Virus record (IMG/VR): IMGVR_UViG_3300027835_000014
Location: 1-34,764 of that record
Reading direction: 5' to 3' (one strand)
DNA from: a virus
Lineage: Duplodnaviria; Caudoviricetes
DNA: 34,764 nt
Under the pieces are notes generated by a model, which was not told the DNA's origin, did no database searches, and was given only the letters and a program-made list of their open reading frames with translations. A program made the translations under genes and the position numbers. How positions within the stretch are numbered: the stretch's first letter is position 1; each line of letters opens with the position of its first letter. Positions 25,466 to 34,485 of this stretch are shown piece after piece.

Positions 25466-26020
25466 TTATCCCCAGAGTCTACCGGTTGGGTGAGTTTGTG
25501 GCAAATACTCAACTGCTTGATCTGTTGAGCCATCAAGTGTTGCTGCAAGCGTGACTGTATTTTTAGAAATAACTGCAGTATCAACTGTTTTTGCTGTGAT
25601 GAGAGCTGTTGGTGTATTAAGGAATGAGAAAGCATCACAAAGGCTGTCCAGTCCAAGAGCTGCACCCAGTCCTACTGAAATTGTGTCACTTGCTCCCCCT
25701 CTGGTTGGGAAAGTAACAGACGTAACAGTTTTGAAAGCATTTACTGAGTCTGTTGGTGTTGCAAATGCGCCACCCATTGTGACTGCTTCTGTTAGAGCAT
25801 TACCATAAATGTCAGTGCCTACAACCGTAACAACTAAGCCTTGCGTTGTTGACTGATTTCCTTTGAGTCTGACTGTTCGTGGTACGTCTGGGTTTGTAAT
25901 CCCTGCAGTCACTACAAGAGTGCCGGATGTTGGGAGTGTTTGAGCTGCGAGTACACCAGTGTTAGCTGCCACTGCTGGTTTACTAAATGTTTGCTGTCTG
26001 TGCATTGCTGATTTACTCAT
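25466..26020 (-). CDS. Putative capsid decoration/structural protein
   Basis: ITNPDVPRTV...GTDIYG...AFKTVTSV; flanked by its own promoter and terminator. Confidence 0.55.
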   Translation of the reverse strand: MSKSAMHRQQTFSKPAVAANTGVLAAQTLPTSGTLVVTAGITNPDVPRTVRLKGNQSTTQGLVVTVVGTDIYGNALTEAVTMGGAFATPTDSVNAFKTVTSVTFPTRGGASDTISVGLGAALGLDSLCDAFSFLNTPTALITAKTVDTAVISKNTVTLAATLDGSTDQAVEYLPQTHPTGRLWG

Positions 26021-26026
26021 ATGTTT

Positions 26027-26058
26027 ATTATAACTTCAAATTTCGGGGGGTTTATACA
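26027..26058 (-). promoter_or_regulatory. Late-type promoter motif
   Basis: TGTATAAA-N18-TATAAT-N6-ATG. Confidence 0.7.
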
Positions 26059-26104
26059 TTTTTGGTTTTACGCTGATTTTTAGCCAGCAACCCCATACCA
26101 TTTA

Positions 26105-26407
26105 CTACTTTGCGTCAGTGTTATCTGGCGCAGTTGCATCAGTTTTAACCTCTGCATCAGCTTTGGTTTCTACATCTGCTGGTTTCTCTGCTGGGGCATC
26201 CTTAGTGGTTGCATCAGCTTTTTGTACCATTTTGTTAAGGACTTTTTTTACTTCCTTTTTGACCGGTGCTGCTTTTGCTTCACCATCAAAAGGTGTTGCA
26301 GAGTCGCCCAAAGCCTTAACGACATCTGCCGGTAATTCAACCGGTACGTCTTTTGTGTAGTAATGGCCATCTGTTAAGCCTGTATGATCTACTGTTACTT
26401 TTGGCAT
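26105..26407 (-). CDS. Small post-capsid protein with low-complexity tail
   Basis: GAGGGGGTGA SD; typical position after the MCP. Confidence 0.65.
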   Translation of the reverse strand: MPKVTVDHTGLTDGHYYTKDVPVELPADVVKALGDSATPFDGEAKAAPVKKEVKKVLNKMVQKADATTKDAPAEKPADVETKADAEVKTDATAPDNTDAK

Positions 26408-26610
26408 AAATTGCTCACCCCCTCTTTGCTGCTTATGAGCTTATTACTGGTTGTGAGTGAAAGGAGATGTATAAGTCTAACACTTATAATCGGTGACTCG
26501 CAACCAGTGTATAAACTAAAAAGCACTTCTGTTTTTAGTTTGGCCGGTGGTCTTTGAAAGTTTATTTTTTCCCTTTCATTTCCACTCACCCTACGGCCAT
26601 CAGTTAGTTA

Positions 26611-27768
26611 CTAGGCGTGTGTTTTGACAACTGCAAATGCTTTGTCAGCATTAGCAAGTTGAATATCAATTTGACCCCAGATTTTAAGAGCAACCATATT
26701 CTGTTGGAATAGATTGATTAAAGTACTGCCATCAACATCAGTGATGGTAGCTTGATCTGAAATTTCAACTGTGTATTCCATAGCATCCCCATGAATGAGG
26801 TTACTATAGTCAACCAATGCCATGAATTTCTTGGCAGCTTGTGAGCCGTCAGAGTTCTTAGGCATTACCGCCGTTGTGTCGTAAGGAATATCCCACATTG
26901 TAGCTGGCAATTGATTGCCAAAACCTTCAAACAAGAAACCTTGTTTGTCAGAACCCACAACTGAGCGTAACCGTCTAAAGTTATTAAGTACGGAGAGGGA
27001 CAAAGCCCATCTCATACTTTCACTCAAGAAGTTTTCATCTATTAAATCAAGCGCATTTAATAAATCTTCTGCAGTAACACCGGCATAAGTTGTTGCAGAT
27101 GCCAAAGTTGCTACTGGTACGTTTACGTTCTGGAAAACACCTTCACCAGCACCCAAACCTAAAAGACCCCATTGATCTTCTAACTTTGCTATAGCCTTAC
27201 CGGCAAGCATTGTTATTGCTTCGATCAAATCCGCAGTAGAATTTTGCAATAATACTTTGGAGATAGGGACAATTACACCAACGGTTTTTGCTCTTAATGA
27301 GACATTGCCGGTGGTTGGTTGAGATGCCGTCACTGCTGCAGTATCAGATGCTAACCTGTAAGCTGTGAGGCTTGACATGGTTGGCACGTTTTCGTTGATA
27401 CCCTGTACTGGCCATTTTGTACCGTATTTACGGACAAGACCGTACTTTTGCGCAACTGTGATGAGCTGGTCGGACACATAAGTAGGTACAAGCTCTGCAC
27501 CACTGGTACTACTACCAGCAGACAGTGCTTTGGTGGCCTGACGGTCACCTGCTACCAACTTTTTAAAGTATTCCGCACCTGCAGCTTTTTGGTCTGCAAG
27601 CTCCTTTTCTTTGGTGTTGTTGTCTTCACCTCCAAAAATGTCTTTGCGGAGAGGTTTATCAGCCTTGATTTTCTCAAGCACCTTATCAACCGTTTTTTCG
27701 GTTACAGCCTCAACTATGATTTCCATAGACTTTTTTTCCTCCTCTTTGCGTTTTTCGTCTTCGTTCAT
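26611..27768 (-). CDS. HK97-family major capsid protein
   Basis: N-terminal delta-like coiled coil; GAELVPT, ISKVLLQNS and NLFQQNMVALK motifs. Confidence 0.93.
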   Translation of the reverse strand: MNEDEKRKEEEKKSMEIIVEAVTEKTVDKVLEKIKADKPLRKDIFGGEDNNTKEKELADQKAAGAEYFKKLVAGDRQATKALSAGSSTSGAELVPTYVSDQLITVAQKYGLVRKYGTKWPVQGINENVPTMSSLTAYRLASDTAAVTASQPTTGNVSLRAKTVGVIVPISKVLLQNSTADLIEAITMLAGKAIAKLEDQWGLLGLGAGEGVFQNVNVPVATLASATTYAGVTAEDLLNALDLIDENFLSESMRWALSLSVLNNFRRLRSVVGSDKQGFLFEGFGNQLPATMWDIPYDTTAVMPKNSDGSQAAKKFMALVDYSNLIHGDAMEYTVEISDQATITDVDGSTLINLFQQNMVALKIWGQIDIQLANADKAFAVVKTHA

Positions 27769-28874
27769 TATTTTTCACCCCCTTTCTTTTTTTCCCTTTC
27801 AATTACATTTAATAATTTGAGGGTCAAACCAACACTTTTATCTGTCTGCTTCAATGACTTTGCTAATCGGGTGACGTAAGTTTCTGGCACTGATTTTTCA
27901 TCATCAGATTCGTCATCATCTTCTTTGGCCACTGACTCAAGCACAGATTTTACTTGCTCTGCTCCAGCACTCATGTGATCGCATGCTGCTTTTAGCAGTT
28001 CTTCATGCTTTGCTGAAATTGTGCGCCCTGACTTCATAGTTGCTGGTAGCTTGATTGTTTTTTCACCAACAATTGCTTGTTCTTGCACAACGGTCATCAC
28101 CAATGCTAAGGCCTGCTGCAATTTTTCAATACTGTCTTGCTTCACACCCATTTGAGTAAAGGCTTTTATAAAATAAGAAAGCTCATCAAGTAGGTAACCA
28201 AGAGCAACAACCTGTGAAACGTCTTTTTCTTCAACAACAAGATTATTTACAACCTTTACACCAACAATCTCTTTAAGTTGGGCAACTGTCAAATCAGTCA
28301 CCTTTGTCTCATCTGCAGGGTCTTCATTCTCTTTTGTTTTTTCAATAACCAAATCAACGTCAATGCCCTTTGAGCGCATCACCGTCAATGCTTCGGGATT
28401 GTCTGGGACTGGGACACTTGAAAACTCAAAGAGTTCCCATTGTTTGAAGTTGTAGCCACCTTCCATGTTTTCGTCATAATCTGTTGGCATAAAACCAATT
28501 GACCAAGCATTTAAAAAGCCCTCTTTATACATTGTGTAGATGATGTCAGCCTCTTGATAAACGCCTTCTGGTAGAAACTCAACGGTAGCAAGTATGCAGT
28601 CATCCATAACTTTGAGGCTTGTGCATTTTGCAATTGGTTTGGTGTCGTATTTGTGAGCAAATAAGACAACTGGGTTTTTGAGGAAATTATCAGCTTGCAT
28701 GCCGGATGGTTGCACTGTGTCTCTTGAACGGTCAGCGTTTACTGTTGAAATTTTTACAACTAATGTACGAGGTTGACCATCAGCAACCTTTGTCTCAAGG
28801 ATTTCAAAGGTTTTAAAAATCTTTGCTTTGTGTGGGTCAGCAATGCCCTCAAGATATTTTTTCAGATTTTTCAT
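27768..28874 (-). CDS. HK97-family prohead protease with C-terminal extension
   Basis: DRSRD, KNPVVLFAH, WSIGF and ELFEFSSVPVPDNPEA motifs. Confidence 0.9.
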   Translation of the reverse strand: MKNLKKYLEGIADPHKAKIFKTFEILETKVADGQPRTLVVKISTVNADRSRDTVQPSGMQADNFLKNPVVLFAHKYDTKPIAKCTSLKVMDDCILATVEFLPEGVYQEADIIYTMYKEGFLNAWSIGFMPTDYDENMEGGYNFKQWELFEFSSVPVPDNPEALTVMRSKGIDVDLVIEKTKENEDPADETKVTDLTVAQLKEIVGVKVVNNLVVEEKDVSQVVALGYLLDELSYFIKAFTQMGVKQDSIEKLQQALALVMTVVQEQAIVGEKTIKLPATMKSGRTISAKHEELLKAACDHMSAGAEQVKSVLESVAKEDDDESDDEKSVPETYVTRLAKSLKQTDKSVGLTLKLLNVIEREKKKGGEK

Positions 28875-28885
28875 AAGCTAAATCA

Positions 28886-28917
28886 ATTATATTGAGTTTT
28901 TAGACTTCCTTTATACA
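28886..28917 (-). promoter_or_regulatory. Late-type promoter motif
   Basis: TGTATAAA-N18-TATAAT-N11-ATG. Confidence 0.7.
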
Positions 28918-28925
28918 TTTTGGTA

Positions 28926-30986
28926 TTAGTCGCCTATCTCACCGGTCTCTGGTTGTAAAGCGCACTCACAGTTTGGATGTCCGGGGGGCGCATCATCACC
29001 GCTTTCAAAATCTTGGTCAAGAGGTATAACACCTTGAGCTGCATTGGTGGGACATTGGCCACTTGAGCAATTGCCCTCATCAAAAAGCCAGCTCTTGCCA
29101 CTGACAATACCAGACTGCCTATAGCCCTCAAGGTTTCCTTGCGCGTATGCGTCAATTGTTTCTGTACGTGCCAATCTCTCAGCTCGGTAATCTCCTTGGT
29201 CTTCAAAAAATCCACCAATAGTGGTTGCAATATCATCAACGCTCTCACCTTGCTCGACACCTTCCATAACTTTAAGCGTGATGTCTTCTTTCATTGTGTC
29301 AGCGTATGACTTGGTATTTTCTAGAGCGTGTTGGTTAAGAAAATCTAACGCTCTTGGGTTTTGCATATCAAAAGTAACATCTGCATTGACTTGGGTGATG
29401 CCAACCTTGCCGGCTTGCTCAAAAACAGTACTCATGCCGTCCTCAGTAGCATTGTGCAGTAAGCCAATCCAGTCCTCATAATCAGAAAACAATACTTTGA
29501 CCAGCTCGTTTGAGGGGTCTGTAGCATCTTTGAGGATTTGCAATAATGTACGTTTTACATTGGTTGGTTTTTTATCTTTAGACTTCTGCAGGTTGGCCAG
29601 AAGCATTGATTTTAATTTCTCATTGAGGGCTTTATTTTTCTTGGTGAATTTAGGTATTGCTGCATCAACAATTTTCTTACGGTTATCCTTTAATTGCTTG
29701 ATCGCTAGCTCTTTTTTTTTTGACGCAACCGCGCTCTTGAGTGGCAGAAGTATAAAGCCCTTGCCATTATCTGCCGGGGGTGTTGGATTACCATCTGTAT
29801 TACCTGCAGAGTTCGGTTGATATAGTGTGGGAATATATAAGAAGTCACCACCCTCAACTGGCTCTTTTCCAATTTCGGCTCTGGCTTCGTTAGGTGTCAT
29901 GTAGTAGTTTTTGATGCCACTTTCCCGGTCAAGTCTCTGTTGTTCCCTATTTTCTGGTACTGGATCTGCAAACCAGATACGCCATTGCTTTTGACTCAAG
30001 TTAAAGCGTGGCAAGTAAAACTCTGTGAGGTTACCAGCATACTGGGTGAGTTTTGGCTTAACGGTATTTTTAGCAAAAAGCATGTCTGCTGCATCAGCAC
30101 TTGCAAGGTTGGCAGTATCCAAAATGCCAAGCACCGGCAAAGGGACACCAAAGATACCACAGATTTCATCACGCAGGTCTTTGCGTCCTTGAGAAAACTG
30201 CATGTCACGGTTGGTTGGGTTGATGGGAGTATATGACATGCCACCTTCCATGATTGCCATTTTGTGTGCGTTCTCTACCCCTTTAAATTTACTGTCCCAG
30301 TTTGCTTTTATGCGGTCATATTGCTCTTGGTTGAGTGTGCCGGTTGATGAAAGCACTGCTGATGGCATAGCACTATTGCCAAAAAAGTTGCGTTGCCATT
30401 CTGCTGCAAAGGTGTCTGTATCAATCGCAATTGCTGCTGCCTCTACAGTTCCCATACCTCGGTAGGCGTTGTTTGGGTTGAAGCGTTTGAAGTGTAAAAT
30501 CTCATCTGGGGTAAAAGGCACTTTTGTACCAACTTGGTTAAGGAAAACATACCCAGCAATAAAGTTATCCTTTGACTTAACCACTTGCATGCGTGATGGA
30601 TCAAGAGGCCATATTTCTTTTATTTTACCCCCGGCGGTCTTTGGCATATACCAAAAACTGTTGCCGTCTAGTTCTTGAAAGGCAGAGTACCCAAAAGCTA
30701 GATCATGGTAACTCATGTGGTCATTGACATCATGGAGCAAGTCCATTGCCTCACTCTCGCCAGTGTAATCTTTCCATTCACCATCTTTGTCTTTTTTCTG
30801 CAGTACCAACTCTGTATCAGCTACCCTTTGTGCAATAGCATTGGTGCAGGCAAATACCCAACCCCGGTATGCCTTCAAAAACTCTTTTTCAGACATCTTT
30901 GGTATTGCGCTGGCATTAAAAAACCCAAAGATGCCGGTGTTGAGTTCCTTTCTAAATAAACTGCTGATGTTGCTGAGTAAAGACAT
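28926..30986 (-). CDS. HK97-family portal protein fused to a MuF (SPP1 gp7-like) domain
   Basis: Portal motifs (GNSFW, ILHFK, FFGNSAMP, MTPNEAR) followed by RAERLARTET...PPGHPNCEC. Confidence 0.9.
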   Translation of the reverse strand: MSLLSNISSLFRKELNTGIFGFFNASAIPKMSEKEFLKAYRGWVFACTNAIAQRVADTELVLQKKDKDGEWKDYTGESEAMDLLHDVNDHMSYHDLAFGYSAFQELDGNSFWYMPKTAGGKIKEIWPLDPSRMQVVKSKDNFIAGYVFLNQVGTKVPFTPDEILHFKRFNPNNAYRGMGTVEAAAIAIDTDTFAAEWQRNFFGNSAMPSAVLSSTGTLNQEQYDRIKANWDSKFKGVENAHKMAIMEGGMSYTPINPTNRDMQFSQGRKDLRDEICGIFGVPLPVLGILDTANLASADAADMLFAKNTVKPKLTQYAGNLTEFYLPRFNLSQKQWRIWFADPVPENREQQRLDRESGIKNYYMTPNEARAEIGKEPVEGGDFLYIPTLYQPNSAGNTDGNPTPPADNGKGFILLPLKSAVASKKKELAIKQLKDNRKKIVDAAIPKFTKKNKALNEKLKSMLLANLQKSKDKKPTNVKRTLLQILKDATDPSNELVKVLFSDYEDWIGLLHNATEDGMSTVFEQAGKVGITQVNADVTFDMQNPRALDFLNQHALENTKSYADTMKEDITLKVMEGVEQGESVDDIATTIGGFFEDQGDYRAERLARTETIDAYAQGNLEGYRQSGIVSGKSWLFDEGNCSSGQCPTNAAQGVIPLDQDFESGDDAPPGHPNCECALQPETGEIGD

Positions 30987-30996
30987 AGCTTACTTA

Positions 30997-31028
30997 ATTT
31001 TAGAGGGTTTTAGGACTGATCTTATACA
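30997..31028 (-). promoter_or_regulatory. Late-type promoter motif
   Basis: TGTATAAG-N18-TAAAAT-N10-ATG. Confidence 0.65.
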
Positions 31029-31063
31029 AAATGGTGAAATGGGGGATAGAGAGAGCTAGATTT

Positions 31064-31258
31064 TTATTTCTTCCATTTATAACCACACTGCCTGCAGCTA
31101 TAAGTTGTTGGCGCAATCATTTGGATAATTCCGGCAATAAGAATAGGTATACCAATAAGCACAAAGGATAAGATAGCACCTACTGCTACCTTGCCAGCTC
31201 CACTGTCTTTTGAGCTGCGTATTTTGAAACCTTTACATTGTGGACATTGTTTATTCAT
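31064..31258 (-). CDS. LITAF-like zinc-ribbon membrane protein
   Basis: CPQC - hydrophobic hairpin - CRQCG. Confidence 0.65.
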   Translation of the reverse strand: MNKQCPQCKGFKIRSSKDSGAGKVAVGAILSFVLIGIPILIAGIIQMIAPTTYSCRQCGYKWKK

Positions 31259-31404
31259 GAATTGATTTTATGTTTTTTGGTTATATGTATCCTCATTGCC
31301 TTGAGTGGTTTTGCTAATTTCTTTATCACTTCTCGTTTAGTGTCTGTAGACTTGCTAAGATACACTTGATAATTACAAGCGTAGCATTTCAAGTAAACAT
31401 CCAT
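31255..31404 (-). CDS. Small C2H2-type zinc protein (49 aa; not in ORF track)
   Basis: MDVYLKCYACNYQ...MRIHITKKHKINS*; TTGACA-17-CATAAT ends 6 nt before the ATG; ATGA overlap with the next gene. Confidence 0.6.
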   Translation of the reverse strand: MDVYLKCYACNYQVYLSKSTDTKREVIKKLAKPLKAMRIHITKKHKINS

Positions 31405-31447
31405 ACTTGCATTATGCCTGCATGTTTGGTCGTTGTCAATAGGTATT

Positions 31448-32887
31448 TCATAACCATGTCACGTTTGGCTCTGGCGGTGGCACAGTGAATGTCAGCATAA
31501 ATGCCTCTGCATAATCCGGTGATTTGCCAGTCCTCTTTTTGAGGTCTGCTTTTGGTTCGATCTGCAACACCTTGTCAGAGGTATCTTTATACTTTATCTC
31601 TTTGAGCTGATGCCAGTTGTCATTGGCCAAAATCTTGCTGTCTTCTTTCAACATCCACAACCGGGCAAGCCAGTAATTCTCAGCCTTTTTATTTGAGTAC
31701 CGCGAGGGGTCGCTTGATTTCTCACCGGCAGCAACACCGGTCACGCTATAGTATGAGACCTTGCCGTTAAACTCTGTTTTCATTTCTCTGAGGCGGTCAA
31801 CAACACCGCGACCAATACCAATATCATCAATAAAAACATCCTCTGGCTTGAGTAATCTTATTTTCTTACCCCGGTTATCGGTAATGGTGTACTTGTCTAT
31901 TATTCTTATTACCTCATTTACGTTGGTCATGGTGTCGTTGCTGCGGTTAAAAGTCTCAAACCAAGAGCTATCACCTTGTCGCATACAATAGACGTTGTAA
32001 TCACCACCACCAGCTACGTCAACACCAAGTTTCATGGGGTCATCTGCTGCATCAATAAGCCCAACCATCTTTGCGTCAATATCCTCTGCAGTCAAAAGCT
32101 GCCTGTAGCCTTTGTCATCAATTTCATCCTCTGCAGGAAAACGACACTCATAAAACTGCTCAAAGAATGGCAACCCTCTTTTTTCGTTGACACTTTCAGT
32201 ATCCAAACGCCCCTCTGAAATTGCGCGCTCAAGTGAGATGTCTATTTTCTGGTATTTACTATTGCTCTTGATGTTGAACATGAAGTGATTGCGGTTGACT
32301 GCATTGCCCAACTCAAATAAGAAAGTCTTATTATAGTCACCAGTACCCTCAAGGATTTTCAAAATAATAAGGTATTTGGTTGGGGTCAAAAGTGGTGACT
32401 CGTCCAGTATGATATTGGGGACATGTTCACCAATGGCTTTTGAAACATCATCATCTTTGCCAAAGAGTGACACTATTTTGAGTGAGCCACCACCCCTAAA
32501 ATTCATTGCTGCTTTATTGCGTTCTCGTTTGAGAGTTGTGAGTCGTTGGGTAGTATCAATCTCAAGTTCCTTGACCATTTCGGTACTATCAAAGACATGC
32601 TCAATCACCTTTTTCATTATGATTTCAGAAGTACCATACTTCACTGAGCCAATGATAAATTGCTCATCATTCTTGGCACAGCATAGAATGACAGCCATTG
32701 CCACTGATTCTGACTTACCGTAACCGGTAGGGGCAACGCAGGCAATTCTAGGGTTGGTCTTGAAGATGATTGATGCAGCAATTTCAATTTGGCCGGGTGA
32801 CATTTCATCACCAGCCTGTTTGCCATTTACTTTGAAATAGGCATTAAGAAGTTGTTTTGTCTTGTCGTACTGCTGTTGTGTTACCAT
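31448..32887 (-). CDS. terL: Terminase large subunit
   Basis: APTGYGKS Walker A, IILDE Walker B, GVDVAGGGD nuclease motif, SPDYAEA. Confidence 0.9.
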   Translation of the reverse strand: MVTQQQYDKTKQLLNAYFKVNGKQAGDEMSPGQIEIAASIIFKTNPRIACVAPTGYGKSESVAMAVILCCAKNDEQFIIGSVKYGTSEIIMKKVIEHVFDSTEMVKELEIDTTQRLTTLKRERNKAAMNFRGGGSLKIVSLFGKDDDVSKAIGEHVPNIILDESPLLTPTKYLIILKILEGTGDYNKTFLFELGNAVNRNHFMFNIKSNSKYQKIDISLERAISEGRLDTESVNEKRGLPFFEQFYECRFPAEDEIDDKGYRQLLTAEDIDAKMVGLIDAADDPMKLGVDVAGGGDYNVYCMRQGDSSWFETFNRSNDTMTNVNEVIRIIDKYTITDNRGKKIRLLKPEDVFIDDIGIGRGVVDRLREMKTEFNGKVSYYSVTGVAAGEKSSDPSRYSNKKAENYWLARLWMLKEDSKILANDNWHQLKEIKYKDTSDKVLQIEPKADLKKRTGKSPDYAEAFMLTFTVPPPEPNVTWL

Positions 32888-33323
32888 CGCTTCTCAGCTC
32901 CTTTAAAATAGCCATCACATGCTCTTTGTCGGTGTTGTCAATTGTTGCCTGTATCTTGGTCAACGGTGCATGTCCACCTATATGCAATAAGCTCTCTGCT
33001 GCTTTCCAGTTACCACCCTTTGCGCTTTTATGCAAAGTCTCAAGTGCGTCCGGCAGTGCTTCCTGTATCTTGTCTGCGATCTTTTTTAGTTGTTTCCGGT
33101 TTTCCTTTGCCTGCTGTTTTATCAATTCGTCATAGGCTGGTTTACAAATACCCCCTGTCATAAACCACCGGCGTACAGTCGCATAAGGTCGCTTAATCTC
33201 CTTGGCAATACGAGGGTACGGCCAACCACTAAAAGCATAAAGCACCGCTTCTTGCTGCTCGGCTTCTAGGCTCTCAAATAAGTAAGAACTGTTGCGTTCT
33301 GTTGCATTTTGTTCATCTGCCAT
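32844..33323 (-). CDS. Probable terminase small subunit
   Basis: N-terminal HTH (YPRIAKEIKRPYATVRRW), NWKAAESLL, directly upstream of terL. Confidence 0.65.
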   Translation of the reverse strand: MADEQNATERNSSYLFESLEAEQQEAVLYAFSGWPYPRIAKEIKRPYATVRRWFMTGGICKPAYDELIKQQAKENRKQLKKIADKIQEALPDALETLHKSAKGGNWKAAESLLHIGGHAPLTKIQATIDNTDKEHVMAILKELRSDGNTTAVRQDKTTS

Positions 33324-33329
33324 ACTACT

Positions 33330-33361
33330 ATTATCCTAAATTCTGTGCGCGATCTTATATA
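33330..33361 (-). promoter_or_regulatory. Late-type promoter motif
   Basis: TATATAAG-N18-GATAAT-N6-ATG. Confidence 0.6.
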
Positions 33362-33399
33362 TTTAATCCCCAGAAATGATGAAAAAGTAGTAAAAACTC

Positions 33400-33525
33400 T
33401 TATTTTCCGGCGCAATTGTCGCAAACTTGGTATATACCACCAACGTGGATGGGGGATTGTTCGGGAGCAAGCCAGATGGTTGTGGTGGCTTCTCGCTTTC
33501 TACATAACTCACATCTATGTTTCAT
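33400..33525 (-). CDS. Small zinc-finger protein (41 aa; not in ORF track)
   Basis: MKHRCELCRKREAT...QVCDNCAGK*. Confidence 0.5.
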   Translation of the reverse strand: MKHRCELCRKREATTTIWLAPEQSPIHVGGIYQVCDNCAGK

Positions 33526-33527
33526 AT

Positions 33528-33638
33528 TTACACAAACCACTCTCTGAGAGTCCAGAAAATATTTTTAATACAGTAAGGCATTTGTGAATAATATTTGTCT
33601 TGCGTTTCAACAAGCCACCAGTATATTGCGTCTTTCAT
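33528..33638 (-). CDS. Small hypothetical protein (36 aa; not in ORF track)
   Basis: MKDAIYWWLVETQDKYY...WFV*; tiles tightly between neighbours. Confidence 0.4.
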   Translation of the reverse strand: MKDAIYWWLVETQDKYYSQMPYCIKNIFWTLREWFV

Positions 33639-33640
33639 TT

Positions 33641-33925
33641 TTAATTTCTTTTTAATGATGGCAATGGGCTGGTTGGTACAACAATCTGTGACGGCTCTTT
33701 AAAATCAAGACCTTTTTCGTTTTCTTTGTTGGATTTCCAACACATCTCACAAATAATAATTGTATTTAGGTTTATACTCATTTTGTCTTGACCAGTAGGC
33801 AAAAGCCCATCAATTGCCATCAAAGCGTATGGTTTTCGCTGTGTGATGTTGTAAAACCTTTGCTCTAGAACACATTTAAAGACTGTGTTGTTGAGTCTCA
33901 TTTCAACGGTGAGTGAGTTAGTCAT
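33641..33925 (-). CDS. Hypothetical phage protein
   Basis: Start set at MTNSL, overlapping the upstream stop; contains CEMC. Confidence 0.55.
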   Translation of the reverse strand: MTNSLTVEMRLNNTVFKCVLEQRFYNITQRKPYALMAIDGLLPTGQDKMSINLNTIIICEMCWKSNKENEKGLDFKEPSQIVVPTSPLPSLKRN

Positions 33926-34181
33926 GTCTGTCACCTTCCTCTCTTGATTGCGTTGCATGTTCTATATTTATGCCCTGTAGGCTTGCAAACTCTTTTGAAA
34001 ACTCATCTACAGCAGCATTGAGTTGAATTTGTCCGGATTTTTCTTTTTTGAGCCTTACTACTGTTTCCCATAATTCTTTGAGATGTAGATTTGTCTTTGA
34101 CAGCTCTGCCACATCATTCAAAAATGCTTGCATAAATCTGTCTGCCCGGCGTTGTGCTTTTAATTTCTGTTGCTTTCCCAT
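33918..34181 (-). CDS. Hypothetical phage protein
   Basis: In-operon ORF. Confidence 0.55.
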   Translation of the reverse strand: MGKQQKLKAQRRADRFMQAFLNDVAELSKTNLHLKELWETVVRLKKEKSGQIQLNAAVDEFSKEFASLQGINIEHATQSREEGDRHD

Positions 34182-34182
34182 A

Positions 34183-34485
34183 TCAATTTGCTTTCAAAAA
34201 TAGGTTCTGCATTACCTCTGCCATCTTGTAGGCATTTTTCCAGTCAATTTTTAGCCGTTTTATTTCATTTTCAACTTTAAACTCTATAATTAGCTTGTCT
34301 GCTTGCCGGGTGAAAATAATACCGTCAACGTCATACCTTTTGGACATGGGCAGGCTGTCCAAAAAGTCCCTAATGCGCTTCATGTCCTCATAGGTTTCAA
34401 CGCTTCGTGCCTTTCCGGTTTCAACCTTTTCAATAAACTTTTTAACCTTGGGTAATATAAAATCTTTTATGCTTTGTTCATTCAT
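34183..34485 (-). CDS. Hypothetical phage protein
   Basis: In-operon ORF; KKFIEKVETGKARSVETY. Confidence 0.6.
   Translation of the reverse strand: MNEQSIKDFILPKVKKFIEKVETGKARSVETYEDMKRIRDFLDSLPMSKRYDVDGIIFTRQADKLIIEFKVENEIKRLKIDWKNAYKMAEVMQNLFLKAN

Noticed and set aside
25351-25665. 104-aa minus-strand ORF
   Set aside because: Out-of-frame overlap with 25466-26020, and it runs through a terminator and promoter.
26395-26589. 64-aa ORF in the post-capsid spacer
   Set aside because: No RBS or recognisable motif; the region is dominated by stem-loops.
10073-33587. Many plus-strand ORFs across the phage structural region
   Set aside because: Antisense shadows of well-supported minus-strand genes, without motifs.
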